This document shows, one piece after another, positions 28,731 to 38,147 of a stretch of 64,000 bases of DNA. The stretch is from the NCBI GenBank assembly GCA_900752335.1, contig CAADUZ010000007.1, positions 29,388-93,387 on the forward strand. Direction: 5' to 3'. The position numbers and the translations under genes are program-made. The notes beneath the pieces are model-generated. The model was not told where the DNA came from and searched no databases. It worked only from the letters and a program-made list of their open reading frames with translations. Numbering within the stretch: position 1 is the first letter of the stretch; each line of letters opens with the position of its first letter. Source of the DNA: Clostridia bacterium (GTDB lineage: Bacteria > Bacillota > Clostridia > TANB77 > CAG-508).

Positions 28731-29000
28731 TTGAAATATACAATATTATTTACAGAGAAAGCAAAAAAGCAATTAAAGAAATTAGATAAACATATAGCTG
28801 CCTTAATACTAGGTTGGCTTGAAAAAAACATTCAGAATTGTGAAAATCCTCGCATCCATGGTAAGGGATTAGTTGAAAACAAATCTGGACAATGGAGATA
28901 TAGAATTGGCGATTATAGGGTAATTTGTGAAATTAAAGATAAAGAAGTAATTGTTTTAGTATTGGAAATAGGACACAGAAAAGAAATCTATGAATTTTAG
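28731..29000 (+). CDS. relE: Type II toxin, RelE/ParE-family mRNA interferase
   Basis: 89 aa with a TTG start directly after the antitoxin stop. Typical RelE pattern: F...AKKQLKKLDK....I...L...., WRYRIGDYRVICEI.D....V.....GHRKEIY. Confidence 0.85.
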   Translation: MKYTILFTEKAKKQLKKLDKHIAALILGWLEKNIQNCENPRIHGKGLVENKSGQWRYRIGDYRVICEIKDKEVIVLVLEIGHRKEIYEF

Positions 29001-29063
29001 AAAATTTAAACTTCCTAAAATTCATAGATTTTCTTTTACTTTAAATCCAATTATTTTTTACAA

Positions 29064-29591
29064 TTATTTTTCTTCTTTTTTAGCTTCGTCTTTTACTTCT
29101 TCTACTGGCTCTTCTTTAACTGTATCAACAACTTCTTCTACAACTGGAGCTTCTGTTTCTACAGCTGGTGCCTCTTCTGGAGCTGCTTCTACTGGTGCTT
29201 CTTCTGTCATTTCTTCTTTTATTGTAATTTCTCTGTTTTCTATTCTAGCACCTGTATTTTCCTTTGTTTTAGCAGCTTTACCTACTCTATTTCTTAAGTA
29301 GTATAATTTAGCACGTCTTGCTTTACCTACTCTTACTAATTCTACTTTTTCTACCATTGGAGAATGTACTAAAAATGTTTTTTCAACACCTACACCATAA
29401 GCTATTTTTCTTACAGTAAATGTTGCATTTACGCCTCCACCTTGTTTTTTAATTATAGTTCCTTCAAATACTTGGATTCTTTCTCTATTACCTTCCTTAA
29501 TTCTTTGGTGAACTCTTACTGTATCACCAACTTTAAGTTCTGGTATCTTGTTTTTTAATTGTTCATGTTCTATTGATTTTATGATATCCAT
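29064..29591 (-). CDS. rplS: 50S ribosomal protein L19 with a ~60-aa acidic C-terminal extension
   Basis: The first ~115 aa are canonical L19 ([27 protein letters not shown]...RRAKLYYLR). The tail is E/A/P/V-rich ([26 protein letters not shown]...). Confidence 0.93.
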   Translation of the reverse strand: MDIIKSIEHEQLKNKIPELKVGDTVRVHQRIKEGNRERIQVFEGTIIKKQGGGVNATFTVRKIAYGVGVEKTFLVHSPMVEKVELVRVGKARRAKLYYLRNRVGKAAKTKENTGARIENREITIKEEMTEEAPVEAAPEEAPAVETEAPVVEEVVDTVKEEPVEEVKDEAKKEEK

Positions 29592-29617
29592 TTATGATAT
29601 CCTCCTTTCTTCATTTT

Positions 29618-30286
29618 TTATTTATTTAACAAATCTGGTCTTTTTATTTTTGTGACCTCTAGCGATTTTTCCTCTCGCCATTTTTTTATATTCTCATGAT
29701 GCCCAGACAGTAATACTTCTGGCACTCTTTTCCCTCTAAATTCTTCTGGTCTTGTATATTGAGGATATTCTAAAAGTTTGCTATTAAATGATTCTTCTTC
29801 TACAGACTCTTCATTTAATACGCCTTCTACATACCTACTAACCGAGTCAACTAATACCATTGCTGGCAATTCTCCACCTGTTAATACATAATCTCCTATA
29901 GATATTTCCTCATCTACAATTTCGTCTAGAACTCTTTGGTCTATTCCTTCGTAATGTCCGCAAAGTAATATTAAATGTTTTTGTTTTGATAATTCTTTTA
30001 CTTTTTCTTGGTCTAGTTTTTTACCTTGTGGTGATAGGTATATAACTTTGGCATTTTCTTTATCTTTGATAGAAGAATATGCATCATATACTACGTCCGG
30101 CATCATTACCATGCCAGCTCCTCCACCATATGGATTATCGTCTACTTTTTTATGCTTATCTTTTGAAAAGTCCCTAATGTTTATTAAATTAATTTCTATT
30201 AGTTTCTTTTCTTGTGCTTTTCCAATAATGCTTTCATTTAATACTTCAAACATTTCTGGAAAAAGTGTAAGTATATCAAATTTCAT
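29618..30286 (-). CDS. trmD: tRNA (guanine37-N1)-methyltransferase
   Basis: 222 aa with MKFDILTLFPEMF, PYGGGAGMVM, LLCGHYEGIDQRV and SIGDYVLTGGELPAMV. Confidence 0.95.
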   Translation of the reverse strand: MKFDILTLFPEMFEVLNESIIGKAQEKKLIEINLINIRDFSKDKHKKVDDNPYGGGAGMVMMPDVVYDAYSSIKDKENAKVIYLSPQGKKLDQEKVKELSKQKHLILLCGHYEGIDQRVLDEIVDEEISIGDYVLTGGELPAMVLVDSVSRYVEGVLNEESVEEESFNSKLLEYPQYTRPEEFRGKRVPEVLLSGHHENIKKWREEKSLEVTKIKRPDLLNK

Positions 30287-30297
30287 TTTTCCTCCAT

Positions 30298-30807
30298 TTA
30301 AACTAAACCATCAATTAAGTGAACAACTATCTTTTCATTTTCAATATCAATTTGCTTTATTACTTCTTTTGTTGAAGGAAGCAATATCTGTTTTCCTAGC
30401 TCATTTTTTACTACATATATATCATGACTTTTGTTGTTGTAAATATCGTCTACTTTTCCAAGTAAATTCCCATTTTCGTCATATACATTAAGTCCAATTA
30501 AATCTGCTATAAAATAGGTATCTTTTGGAAGCTTTCTTGCAGCTTCTCTTTTTATTTTAATATAGCAACCTTTATATTTTTCTGCCATATTTATATCTTC
30601 TATACCTTTAAATTTAATTAAAACTTGGTTTTTATGATATTTGATTTCTTCAATTTTCATTCCTATAAGTTCTTTGTTTTTTTCAACAAGTACACTTTCT
30701 AGTTCTTCAAATCTTTCCAAATCGTCTGTAAATGGATTTACTTTAACAAAACCTTTGATACCGAATGTATTTACTATTTGACCTATTTCAAACAAACTTT
30801 GTTTCAT
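30298..30807 (-). CDS. rimM: 16S rRNA processing protein RimM
   Basis: 169 aa, G.I...FGIKG.VKV pattern, located between the KH-protein gene and trmD. Confidence 0.92.
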   Translation of the reverse strand: MKQSLFEIGQIVNTFGIKGFVKVNPFTDDLERFEELESVLVEKNKELIGMKIEEIKYHKNQVLIKFKGIEDINMAEKYKGCYIKIKREAARKLPKDTYFIADLIGLNVYDENGNLLGKVDDIYNNKSHDIYVVKNELGKQILLPSTKEVIKQIDIENEKIVVHLIDGLV

Positions 30808-30826
30808 TTTTAACTCCTACTTTAGA

Positions 30827-31057
30827 CTAACCTAAAAATTCTATTACTACCTTCTTCTTTTCTTTTGAACCTAAAGCTTTCATAAGAGTACGTATAGAGT
30901 TTGCAACTTTTCCTTGCTTTCCTATTACTCTTCCCATATCCTTATCGTCTACTTTAACTTCATAAGTAATTTTTCCTGCTTCTTCTTTTTCATTTATAGA
31001 AACAGCTTCTTGGTTTTCAACTATGTTTTTAATTATTGTTTCTAAAACTTGTTTCAT
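30827..31057 (-). CDS. KH-domain RNA-binding protein (YlqC/UPF0109)
   Basis: 76 aa with the VIGKQGKVANSIRTLM KH motif, in the conserved position after rpsP. Confidence 0.85.
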   Translation of the reverse strand: MKQVLETIIKNIVENQEAVSINEKEEAGKITYEVKVDDKDMGRVIGKQGKVANSIRTLMKALGSKEKKKVVIEFLG

Positions 31058-31104
31058 CCCAAATTCCTTTCTACTGTTAGATGCATTTTATTATTTGCAA
31101 ATTT

Positions 31105-31338
31105 CTATTTTGCTTTTTCTATTAAAGCCTTAACAGTATCTGTAGGTTTTGCACCATTTTTGATCCATTTTTCTACTTTTTCTTTGTCTAAAACTATTGT
31201 AGATGGTTCTGTCATAGGGTTGTATGTTCCTATTTGTTCTATTATTTTTCCATCTCTTGGGCTTCTTGAATCAGCCACTACTATATGGTAAAATGGAGCT
31301 TTTTTTGCACCTTGTCTTTGTAGTCTTATTTTTACCAT
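31105..31338 (-). CDS. rpsP: 30S ribosomal protein S16
   Basis: 77 aa: [38 protein letters not shown]. Confidence 0.95.
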   Translation of the reverse strand: MVKIRLQRQGAKKAPFYHIVVADSRSPRDGKIIEQIGTYNPMTEPSTIVLDKEKVEKWIKNGAKPTDTVKALIEKAK

Positions 31339-31413
31339 TATTTATTCACCTCCCGAAAATTTTGATAAGAATTATATTAATTCTTAAATATATATTTAAA
31401 ATTTAAAATCTAA

Positions 31414-31773
31414 TTAATATACTGCTACTACTTTTTCTATTAACAATGTATTTGTAGATAAAAATAGTACAATAATTGGTATTATTACAATAAATATTGC
31501 AAGTATTATGTCTAATGCTTTTTTGCCTAAAACTTTTGTCATAAATAATACTACTACTGAAGCTATGCTAAATATTAAATCAAATAACACAAATGGCAAT
31601 ACTTTTTGCACTCTGTACATTTCTATTGACATTTTACCTTCCTCTACTGGTGGCATATAGTCTAAATATGTTGGTGCTGAATTTTTTATAACCATATATG
31701 CTATTCCTGAAATTACGCTTGATATAACTAGAATAATTGCTAGTACAATTAATATTTTTTTATAATTTTTCAT
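31414..31773 (-). CDS. Small integral membrane protein (3 predicted TM), inserted between ffh and rpsP
   Basis: 119-aa hydrophobic ORF whose start abuts the ffh stop. No family recognised. Confidence 0.6.
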   Translation of the reverse strand: MKNYKKILIVLAIILVISSVISGIAYMVIKNSAPTYLDYMPPVEEGKMSIEMYRVQKVLPFVLFDLIFSIASVVVLFMTKVLGKKALDIILAIFIVIIPIIVLFLSTNTLLIEKVVAVY

Positions 31774-31774
31774 A

Positions 31775-33127
31775 TTATTTTAACATTCCTTTCAAATCTG
31801 CTGGGTTTATTCCCTTCATCATTTTTCTCATATTTTTGCTATCTTTCATTTGCCTCATCATTTTTTGTGTCATTTCAAAAGATTTCATAAATTTATTTAT
31901 TTCTTGAACTGAAGTTCCACTACCTTTTGCAATTCTTACTCTTCTATTTCCATTTAGCAGTTTTGGATTTTTTCTTTCTTCTTTTGTCATAGAAGATATC
32001 ATTGCTTCAATTCTTGTAAATTCTTTATCGTCTACTTTTACCTCTTTTAGTGCATTCATTCCAGGTATCATTTTAAGTAATGACGAGAAAGAACCCATTT
32101 TTTTGATTTGCTTTAATTGTGTCAAATAATCGTCTAAATCTAAATCTTTTTTCTTTTTTAATTGCTTTTCTAGTTTTTCCGCTTCTTCAATATCTATTGC
32201 TTCTTCTGCTTTTTCTATAATCGAAAGTACGTCGCCCATTCCTAAAATTCTTGATGCCATTCTTTCTGGGTAGAATACTTCAATATCGCTTAATTTTTCG
32301 CCTGTTGCTGCAAATTTTATTGGTCTACCTGTAATTTTCTTAACAGATATTGCAGCACCGCCTCTGGTATCACCATCTAATTTTGTAAGTACAACACCAT
32401 CTATTCCCAATGCTTCATTAAATGCTTTTGCAACATTTACAGCATCTTGACCTGTCATACTATCTACAACAAGTAAAATTTCGTGTGGTTTTACATTTGC
32501 TTTTACGTTTTTTAGCTCTGTCATAAGCTCTTCGTCTATATGAAGTCGTCCGGCTGTATCTAGTATTACTACGTCGTTTAGCTTGCTCATTGCAACGTCT
32601 ATTGCTTGCCTTGCAATTTTTACTACGTCTTTTGTTCCTTCGTTTGCATAAACTGGAATATTTAGCTGACCACCTACAACTTGAAGTTGTTTGATAGCTG
32701 CTGGTCTATATACGTCACATGCAACTAGAAGTGGCTTTTTCCCTTGTTTACGAAGTAAGTTTGCAAGTTTTCCTGCTGTTGTAGTTTTACCAGAACCTTG
32801 AAGACCTACAAGCATTATTACTGTTGGTGGATTTGGTGTAAAGTTTATTTTGCTTTCTGTTCCACCAAGAAGTTCTACTAATTCGTCTTTAACAATTTTT
32901 ATAACTTGTTGACCAGGTGTTAATGATTTTAAAACGTCCTGACCTAGTGCTTTTTCCTGTATGGTATTTATAAATTCTTTAACTATTGCATAGTTTACGT
33001 CTGCCTCTAATAGTGCAAGTTTTACTTCTCGAAGCATTTCTTTTAAATCCGATTCTGTAATTCTTGCTTTTCCTCTTAATTTTCTTGTTACTTCTTGTAA
33101 TTTAGCAGATAAACCTTCAAATGCCAT
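31775..33127 (-). CDS. ffh: Signal recognition particle protein Ffh
   Basis: 450 aa with GLQGSGKTT, DTAGR, TKLDGD and a Met-rich M domain. Confidence 0.97.
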   Translation of the reverse strand: MAFEGLSAKLQEVTRKLRGKARITESDLKEMLREVKLALLEADVNYAIVKEFINTIQEKALGQDVLKSLTPGQQVIKIVKDELVELLGGTESKINFTPNPPTVIMLVGLQGSGKTTTAGKLANLLRKQGKKPLLVACDVYRPAAIKQLQVVGGQLNIPVYANEGTKDVVKIARQAIDVAMSKLNDVVILDTAGRLHIDEELMTELKNVKANVKPHEILLVVDSMTGQDAVNVAKAFNEALGIDGVVLTKLDGDTRGGAAISVKKITGRPIKFAATGEKLSDIEVFYPERMASRILGMGDVLSIIEKAEEAIDIEEAEKLEKQLKKKKDLDLDDYLTQLKQIKKMGSFSSLLKMIPGMNALKEVKVDDKEFTRIEAMISSMTKEERKNPKLLNGNRRVRIAKGSGTSVQEINKFMKSFEMTQKMMRQMKDSKNMRKMMKGINPADLKGMLK

Positions 33128-33156
33128 ACTGTTTCCTCCTTTATTTTTAAACTATA

Positions 33157-33504
33157 TTAGTTTAAACAAATTAGTTCTTTTCTAACGTTATTTAGTATTT
33201 TTTCTATTTTCTTATCTGACGAATTGTCTTTAATTTTGTTTAATTCTGAAATTATTTCCTGTATTTGTTTCTCCTGTTTTAGCATCTTTTTCATAATTAA
33301 AAGCTTTTCTTCAAATTCGAAAAGTTTGTTTTCCCCCTTTTTTATTACGTCTCTTACTGCTTGTCTTGTTATATTATTATTTTCAGCTATTTCAGAAAGT
33401 GATAGGTCATTATTATAGTAATCATTAATAAATTCATACTGTTTTTCAGTTAAAAGTTTGCCATATATTTGGCATAAAATGCTTACTTTTACCTTTTTTT
33501 CCAT
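33157..33504 (-). CDS. ylxM: YlxM/UPF0122 putative DNA-binding protein
   Basis: Start at ATG 33504 (RBS AGGAAGTG). Contains YGKLLTEKQ...YYNNDLSLSEIAENNNITRQAVRD. Conserved position upstream of ffh. Confidence 0.85.
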   Translation of the reverse strand: MEKKVKVSILCQIYGKLLTEKQYEFINDYYNNDLSLSEIAENNNITRQAVRDVIKKGENKLFEFEEKLLIMKKMLKQEKQIQEIISELNKIKDNSSDKKIEKILNNVRKELICLN

Positions 33505-33601
33505 CTTATCACTTCCTAATTTAAGACAAAAATATATTAGCATTATTTTGTAATGCTAATATACTTTACACCATTTTTGTGAATTTGTCAAGTGTTTTGC
33601 C

Positions 33602-34090
33602 TTATTTTCTTACATAAGTTACATATTCGTAATCATATGGATTTTTTTCGTCTTTTATTCCTTTTTCTCTTTCTACTATTTTCCATGTATTTTCATCTAT
33701 TTCTGGAAAATATACGTCCCCTTCAAATTCTTGGTTTATTTTTGTAATGTATAGCTTTTTTGCTTTTGGTAGTAATAATTTATATATAGTTGCCCCACCA
33801 ATTATAAAGTTTTCTTCTTCTGATTCTTCATAATCTTTTAATTTGTCTATTCCATCTATTACTCGCACATTTTCGTCTTCTATATTTAAATTCATATCAT
33901 TGCAAAGTACAATATGTTTTCTATTTGGAAGCACTCTACCTAGTGATTCAAAAGTTTTCCTTCCCATTATTATATTATGCCCTGTTGTTAGTTTTTTAAA
34001 TCTTTTTAAATCTTCTGGTAAATGCCATATTAGTTTATTATCTTTTCCAATAACATTATTTTTTGCAACAGCTACTATTATACTTAACAT
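33602..34090 (-). CDS. folA: Dihydrofolate reductase
   Basis: 162 aa with IVAVAKNNVIGKDNKLIWHLPEDLKRFKKLTTGHNIIMGRKTFES. Confidence 0.92.
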   Translation of the reverse strand: MLSIIVAVAKNNVIGKDNKLIWHLPEDLKRFKKLTTGHNIIMGRKTFESLGRVLPNRKHIVLCNDMNLNIEDENVRVIDGIDKLKDYEESEEENFIIGGATIYKLLLPKAKKLYITKINQEFEGDVYFPEIDENTWKIVEREKGIKDEKNPYDYEYVTYVRK

Positions 34091-34108
34091 TTGTTTCCTC
34101 CTATCTTT

Positions 34109-34966
34109 TTAAATAGCTACAGGTATTTTGCCTATTTGAATATCTTTGTTATAGTCATAATTTTGTATTTCAAAATCTTCTACTTTGAAATCATAGAAAT
34201 TTTTAGTTGGGTTATTTATAACTAGTTTTGGATGAACGTCCATTGGCTCTGCTGCTATTAATTTTTCTATAATAGGTACATGCCTATCATATATATGGCA
34301 ATCTCCGATATTATGTGTAAGTGTTCCTACTTCTAAACCAGAAACTTGTGCAAACATGCATAATAGAGCTGCATATTGCATAGTGTTCCATCCATTTGCT
34401 GCAAGCATATCTTGTGAACGCTGATTTAGTATTAAATGCAATTTTCCGCCCTTTACTAGCCATTGTGTGCCATATGCACATGGTTCTAAATTCATATCTT
34501 TTAAATCTTCGAAATTAAATATATTTGTCATAATTCTACGGCTTGCTGGGTCATTTTTTAGTAGATATAGTGCATAATCTACTTGGTCCATGGTCTTTAT
34601 TCCTTCTTTTGTTTTGAATTCATATTTCTTGCCTAATTGATATCCATATGCCTTTCCTATTGTACCATTTTCGTCTATCCATTGGTCCCAAATGTGTGAA
34701 TTTAAATCTTTTACATTATTTGATTTTTTCTGCCAAATCCATAGTATTTCGTCAATAGCTCTTATTACAGTTTTGCTGTTATTACGTAATGTTATCATAG
34801 GAAATTCCTCTCCTACGTTATATACGTTACTTACTCCAACTATAGAGATATAGTTTGCTTCTTCTCCATCTTGCCATCTAGTTCTTACGCCTGTTCCTTC
34901 TGACGAATACCCTTCTTTGATAATTTTTTTACATGTTTCGATAAAATTTTTATCTGCCTCTGTCAT
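34109..34966 (-). CDS. thyA: Thymidylate synthase (ThyA)
   Basis: Start at ATG 34966 (RBS GGGAGGA). Contains LEPCAYGTQW, LNQRSQDM and HIYDRH blocks. Confidence 0.94.
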   Translation of the reverse strand: MTEADKNFIETCKKIIKEGYSSEGTGVRTRWQDGEEANYISIVGVSNVYNVGEEFPMITLRNNSKTVIRAIDEILWIWQKKSNNVKDLNSHIWDQWIDENGTIGKAYGYQLGKKYEFKTKEGIKTMDQVDYALYLLKNDPASRRIMTNIFNFEDLKDMNLEPCAYGTQWLVKGGKLHLILNQRSQDMLAANGWNTMQYAALLCMFAQVSGLEVGTLTHNIGDCHIYDRHVPIIEKLIAAEPMDVHPKLVINNPTKNFYDFKVEDFEIQNYDYNKDIQIGKIPVAI

Positions 34967-34968
34967 TT

Positions 34969-35883
34969 TTATTCCTCCCATCTTGGTACATATTCTTCTT
35001 CATGTTCGCCCAGTTCTTGAATATACCCATTTTTTAAATTTAATGTATACAAATAGTTTTCTATTTCTTTGTATTCTTTTTTAGTAAGTTTTCTTCCTAT
35101 TTCGCTATCTCCCTTTGCTTTATATGTGGGAAAATATTGTGCCATTATACTTACATAAATATCTCCCAAATTTTCCTTTATCCATTTTAGTACATGTTTT
35201 GTGTTTTGCAAGTGATTTGGTAAAACTAAATGTCTTACTATAACCCCTTTTGTAATTATTCCATCCTCATTAAATGTAGCTTGCCCAACTTGTTTATACA
35301 TTTCTTTTATTGCTTCTGTTGCCACTTTAAAATAACTGCCTACGCCAGAATATTTTTTAGATAAAATATCTGAATAATATTTTAAATCTGGTAAATATAC
35401 GTCTACATACCCATCTAATGCTCGTATTGTTTCTACATTTTCATAACCGTTGGTATTATATATTATCGGCAGTTTTAGTCCATTTTTTCTCGCTATTTTT
35501 ATTGCCTCTATTATTTGATACGCATACATTGTTGGTGTTACCAAATTTATGTTATTTACATTCTTTTCTTGCTGCTTTAAGAAAATTTCAGCAAGTTCTT
35601 CTATTGTTATTTCTCTACCTTTGCCAAGCTGGCTTATCTCATAATTTTGGCAATACATACAAGCTAAATTACAATTAGAAAAAAACACTGTCCCCGAACC
35701 ATTTTTACCACTTATGCATGGCTCTTCATATTCATGTGTTGATACAAGTGCAATTTTTATTTTATCATTGCACTTGCATCTTCCATATTCTCCATTTGTT
35801 CTATTCACTTTACATTTATGTGGACATATTTCGCATTTTTCTAGCTCTTTCACTTTACCTCTTTCCCCGCTGTGTGTGGGCAA
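34969..35883 (-). CDS. Radical SAM protein, PflX-like (COG1313)
   Basis: 304 aa with an N-terminal Cys cluster CEICPHKCKV...GRCKC and the radical-SAM CNLACMYCQN. The start codon is uncertain (TTG 35883 or the downstream GTG). Confidence 0.85.
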   Translation of the reverse strand: MPTHSGERGKVKELEKCEICPHKCKVNRTNGEYGRCKCNDKIKIALVSTHEYEEPCISGKNGSGTVFFSNCNLACMYCQNYEISQLGKGREITIEELAEIFLKQQEKNVNNINLVTPTMYAYQIIEAIKIARKNGLKLPIIYNTNGYENVETIRALDGYVDVYLPDLKYYSDILSKKYSGVGSYFKVATEAIKEMYKQVGQATFNEDGIITKGVIVRHLVLPNHLQNTKHVLKWIKENLGDIYVSIMAQYFPTYKAKGDSEIGRKLTKKEYKEIENYLYTLNLKNGYIQELGEHEEEYVPRWEE

Positions 35884-35920
35884 ATGGAATTAATCTCCTT
35901 TGTCCACAATTTATTTTTCA

Positions 35921-38008
35921 TTATTCTCCTACTTTTAATTTTAAGTATCCTAATTCGTTCCAAATATTGTATGCCAAATTTAATCTAAACAATACTTTTG
36001 GTTTAGCACCTGCTCTGTTTTTATCCACTACGCATGCATAATATCTTACGTCTGGATTTTTGAACTTTTCTAATTCAAAGAATTTTGTATCCACTTCTTC
36101 TAATGAGTATTCATATTTATCCAAGTCATCTCTTGCTATTTGTTTTATTAAGCAAAGTGTATCCAATACTTCTTTTACAGTTCTACTTACTGCCAAGTCA
36201 TTTACAGTTAAGTTTATTGGAAGTGTTGTACTTTCTGTTAACTGCAATGTTGAGCATATGAACATATCAAAGTTTTGTGCTAGGTTAGAAAGTATTGTCG
36301 CTGTTCTTTTTATTTCTTCTCCATTTCCAATATTTGCAGTGTCTGTTTTCAATGTATCATAAAATACATATTCTATTTTTTCTTTGTAATAGTAGTTCAT
36401 GATAACTTTTTGAAGTTCGTCATTTGTATGGTCTGTTATGTTTATAAAATATATTGAGTTGTTTATTTGGTTATTTACCCAGTCTGTTACAGCTATTGTT
36501 TTGTTAAATTCGTCCGATACAGTCTTTAGCCTTTCTACAAATTCTCTTCTTGTTTCTTTTGGCTCTTGTAGTATAAATCCGTCTTCATCCACATTTACTT
36601 TTGCATCTTTGTTTGGTCTGAATTTAAATTCTAGTAGTTCTCCTTCTGTTTTACTTATTTTTTGACCGTGTAGTTTTTGTATCTCTGGATTATTTAGCAC
36701 TGTTGTTATTAAACAAAGCTTCATTTTTTCTTCAGACATTTCGTTTGATATTACAAGCACTTTCTTTTTATGTACAAATGCAGTGTATGCAGACAAATTT
36801 ATTGTAAATCTACTCTTACCAGAGTTTGATGGCATGGCAAATGCCATTGTTTCTCCTTTACGTATTCCTTTAAACACACTTGATAGAATATTAAATGGAA
36901 GCTCTAGCCCATTTGTTAAGTTGTTTTCTCCTCTTTCTAAAAATTCTGTTAAATCTTCACTTAATACAGCTTGTTTAAATTTTTGTGTAACACTTACTTG
37001 TACTATCGCTGCTTTTATTTCGTCAGGTGACATTTTGTCATATAGCTGATAATCTATAATATTTACAATTTGTTCTTGTATATCTTCACGTGGCTCTTCT
37101 AGATAATTTTTTCTTAAAATACATAACTTTCTTAATTCTGTATATATCTTTTCTGGGTTTGTATTTTTCTCTGAAATTTCACTTTTTAGTTTCTGTTTTA
37201 GCATATATGTTTCGTTATTATCTACCGAAAAGTTGAAACCTTTTTTGGCTATTTCTGGCGTAAATTTTCCACCTTCTGTAAAAAGCACGCTTTTATATAT
37301 GTTTAATAAATTAGGGTCGTCAAAATAACACTCTTCATATATTATATAGTATTTGGCAATTAATTTTGGGTTATTTAAAAGTAATCCTATATATGTTTTT
37401 TCTAGTTCTTCATTTCTTAATTTTAAAGGATAAATTGATTCTTGTTTTTTTACTTCTTCTTTATATACTACTTCATCGTCTTCTTCTACGCCCCATTCTT
37501 TAAGTTGTTCGCTTGTGTCGTCATCCTCCTCATCATCTTCTTCGTCGTCTTCGCCCTCGTCATAATTTTCGTCATAATCAGCTGAATCTTCTTCTGATGA
37601 TTCTTCCTCTTCTGTTTCGTCTTTAGCCTTTTCGTCATTTTCTTCGCTTTCTTCATAGTTTGAATATTCGCTATCCTCGTCTTCATAATCTTCTGTAATT
37701 TCTTCTTTTTCTTGCTCTTCTGGTTCTTCTTTTTCTTCTGGAACTACTTTAATCTTTTTCTTTCTTCCTCTTTTCTTTTTTTCTCCTACATTTTCAGTTT
37801 CTGTAGCTTTTTTAGCTTGGCTTTTTGCTTGTTTTGTTTCAGTTTTCGTTCCACTAGAGCTGTTTAATTCTCTAATCTTGTTTAAAGCTTGCTCTATTTT
37901 TCCATAATCGATTAATTTCCTAATTTTGCTTATCTCTTTTTGATCTTTTCCTGCTTTTTCTAACATATCAAGTATTTTATACAATTTCGCTGCATTGTCA
38001 TTTGCCAT
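35921..38008 (-). CDS. DnaB-family helicase-like protein with a ~190-aa N-terminal extension (helical + highly acidic low-complexity)
   Basis: 695 aa. Has a DnaB N-domain-like segment (YIGLLLNNPKLI...FDDPNLLNIYKSV). The RecA-like core has Walker A MPSNSGKS, VISNEMS, YVFYDTLK, STLQL and DKNRAG (Arg-finger region). Confidence 0.65.
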   Translation of the reverse strand: MANDNAAKLYKILDMLEKAGKDQKEISKIRKLIDYGKIEQALNKIRELNSSSGTKTETKQAKSQAKKATETENVGEKKKRGRKKKIKVVPEEKEEPEEQEKEEITEDYEDEDSEYSNYEESEENDEKAKDETEEEESSEEDSADYDENYDEGEDDEEDDEEDDDTSEQLKEWGVEEDDEVVYKEEVKKQESIYPLKLRNEELEKTYIGLLLNNPKLIAKYYIIYEECYFDDPNLLNIYKSVLFTEGGKFTPEIAKKGFNFSVDNNETYMLKQKLKSEISEKNTNPEKIYTELRKLCILRKNYLEEPREDIQEQIVNIIDYQLYDKMSPDEIKAAIVQVSVTQKFKQAVLSEDLTEFLERGENNLTNGLELPFNILSSVFKGIRKGETMAFAMPSNSGKSRFTINLSAYTAFVHKKKVLVISNEMSEEKMKLCLITTVLNNPEIQKLHGQKISKTEGELLEFKFRPNKDAKVNVDEDGFILQEPKETRREFVERLKTVSDEFNKTIAVTDWVNNQINNSIYFINITDHTNDELQKVIMNYYYKEKIEYVFYDTLKTDTANIGNGEEIKRTATILSNLAQNFDMFICSTLQLTESTTLPINLTVNDLAVSRTVKEVLDTLCLIKQIARDDLDKYEYSLEEVDTKFFELEKFKNPDVRYYACVVDKNRAGAKPKVLFRLNLAYNIWNELGYLKLKVGE

Positions 38009-38147
38009 TTCTTTAGTTCCCCCTTTTTACCAAACCTAACTTTTGTTCAAATTCTATCACAGTTTATTTTATTTTACAAGATATGAAAGACTTTATTTTC
38101 GTGCTTTATTGTGGTATAATTTATTCATTGTTTTAAGGAGGTTTATT

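Noticed and set aside
28990-29301. 103-aa S/T/A/G-rich ORF on the + strand
   Set aside because: It is the mirror image of the E/A/P/V-rich C-terminal tail of L19 on the minus strand. It has no independent start signals.
37486-37686. 66-aa K/R/T-rich ORF on the minus strand within the acidic region
   Set aside because: It is an alternative frame of the GAA/GAT-rich low-complexity stretch of the DnaB-like gene, a frame artefact.
33602-38008. thyA-folA-radical SAM-DnaB-like block as a prophage remnant
   Set aside because: There are no integrase, terminase, capsid, tail or lysis genes and no att-like repeats. The composition is host-like and the block is embedded between ylxM-ffh and thioesterase genes. 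I kept it only as a lower-confidence finding about the unusual helicase.
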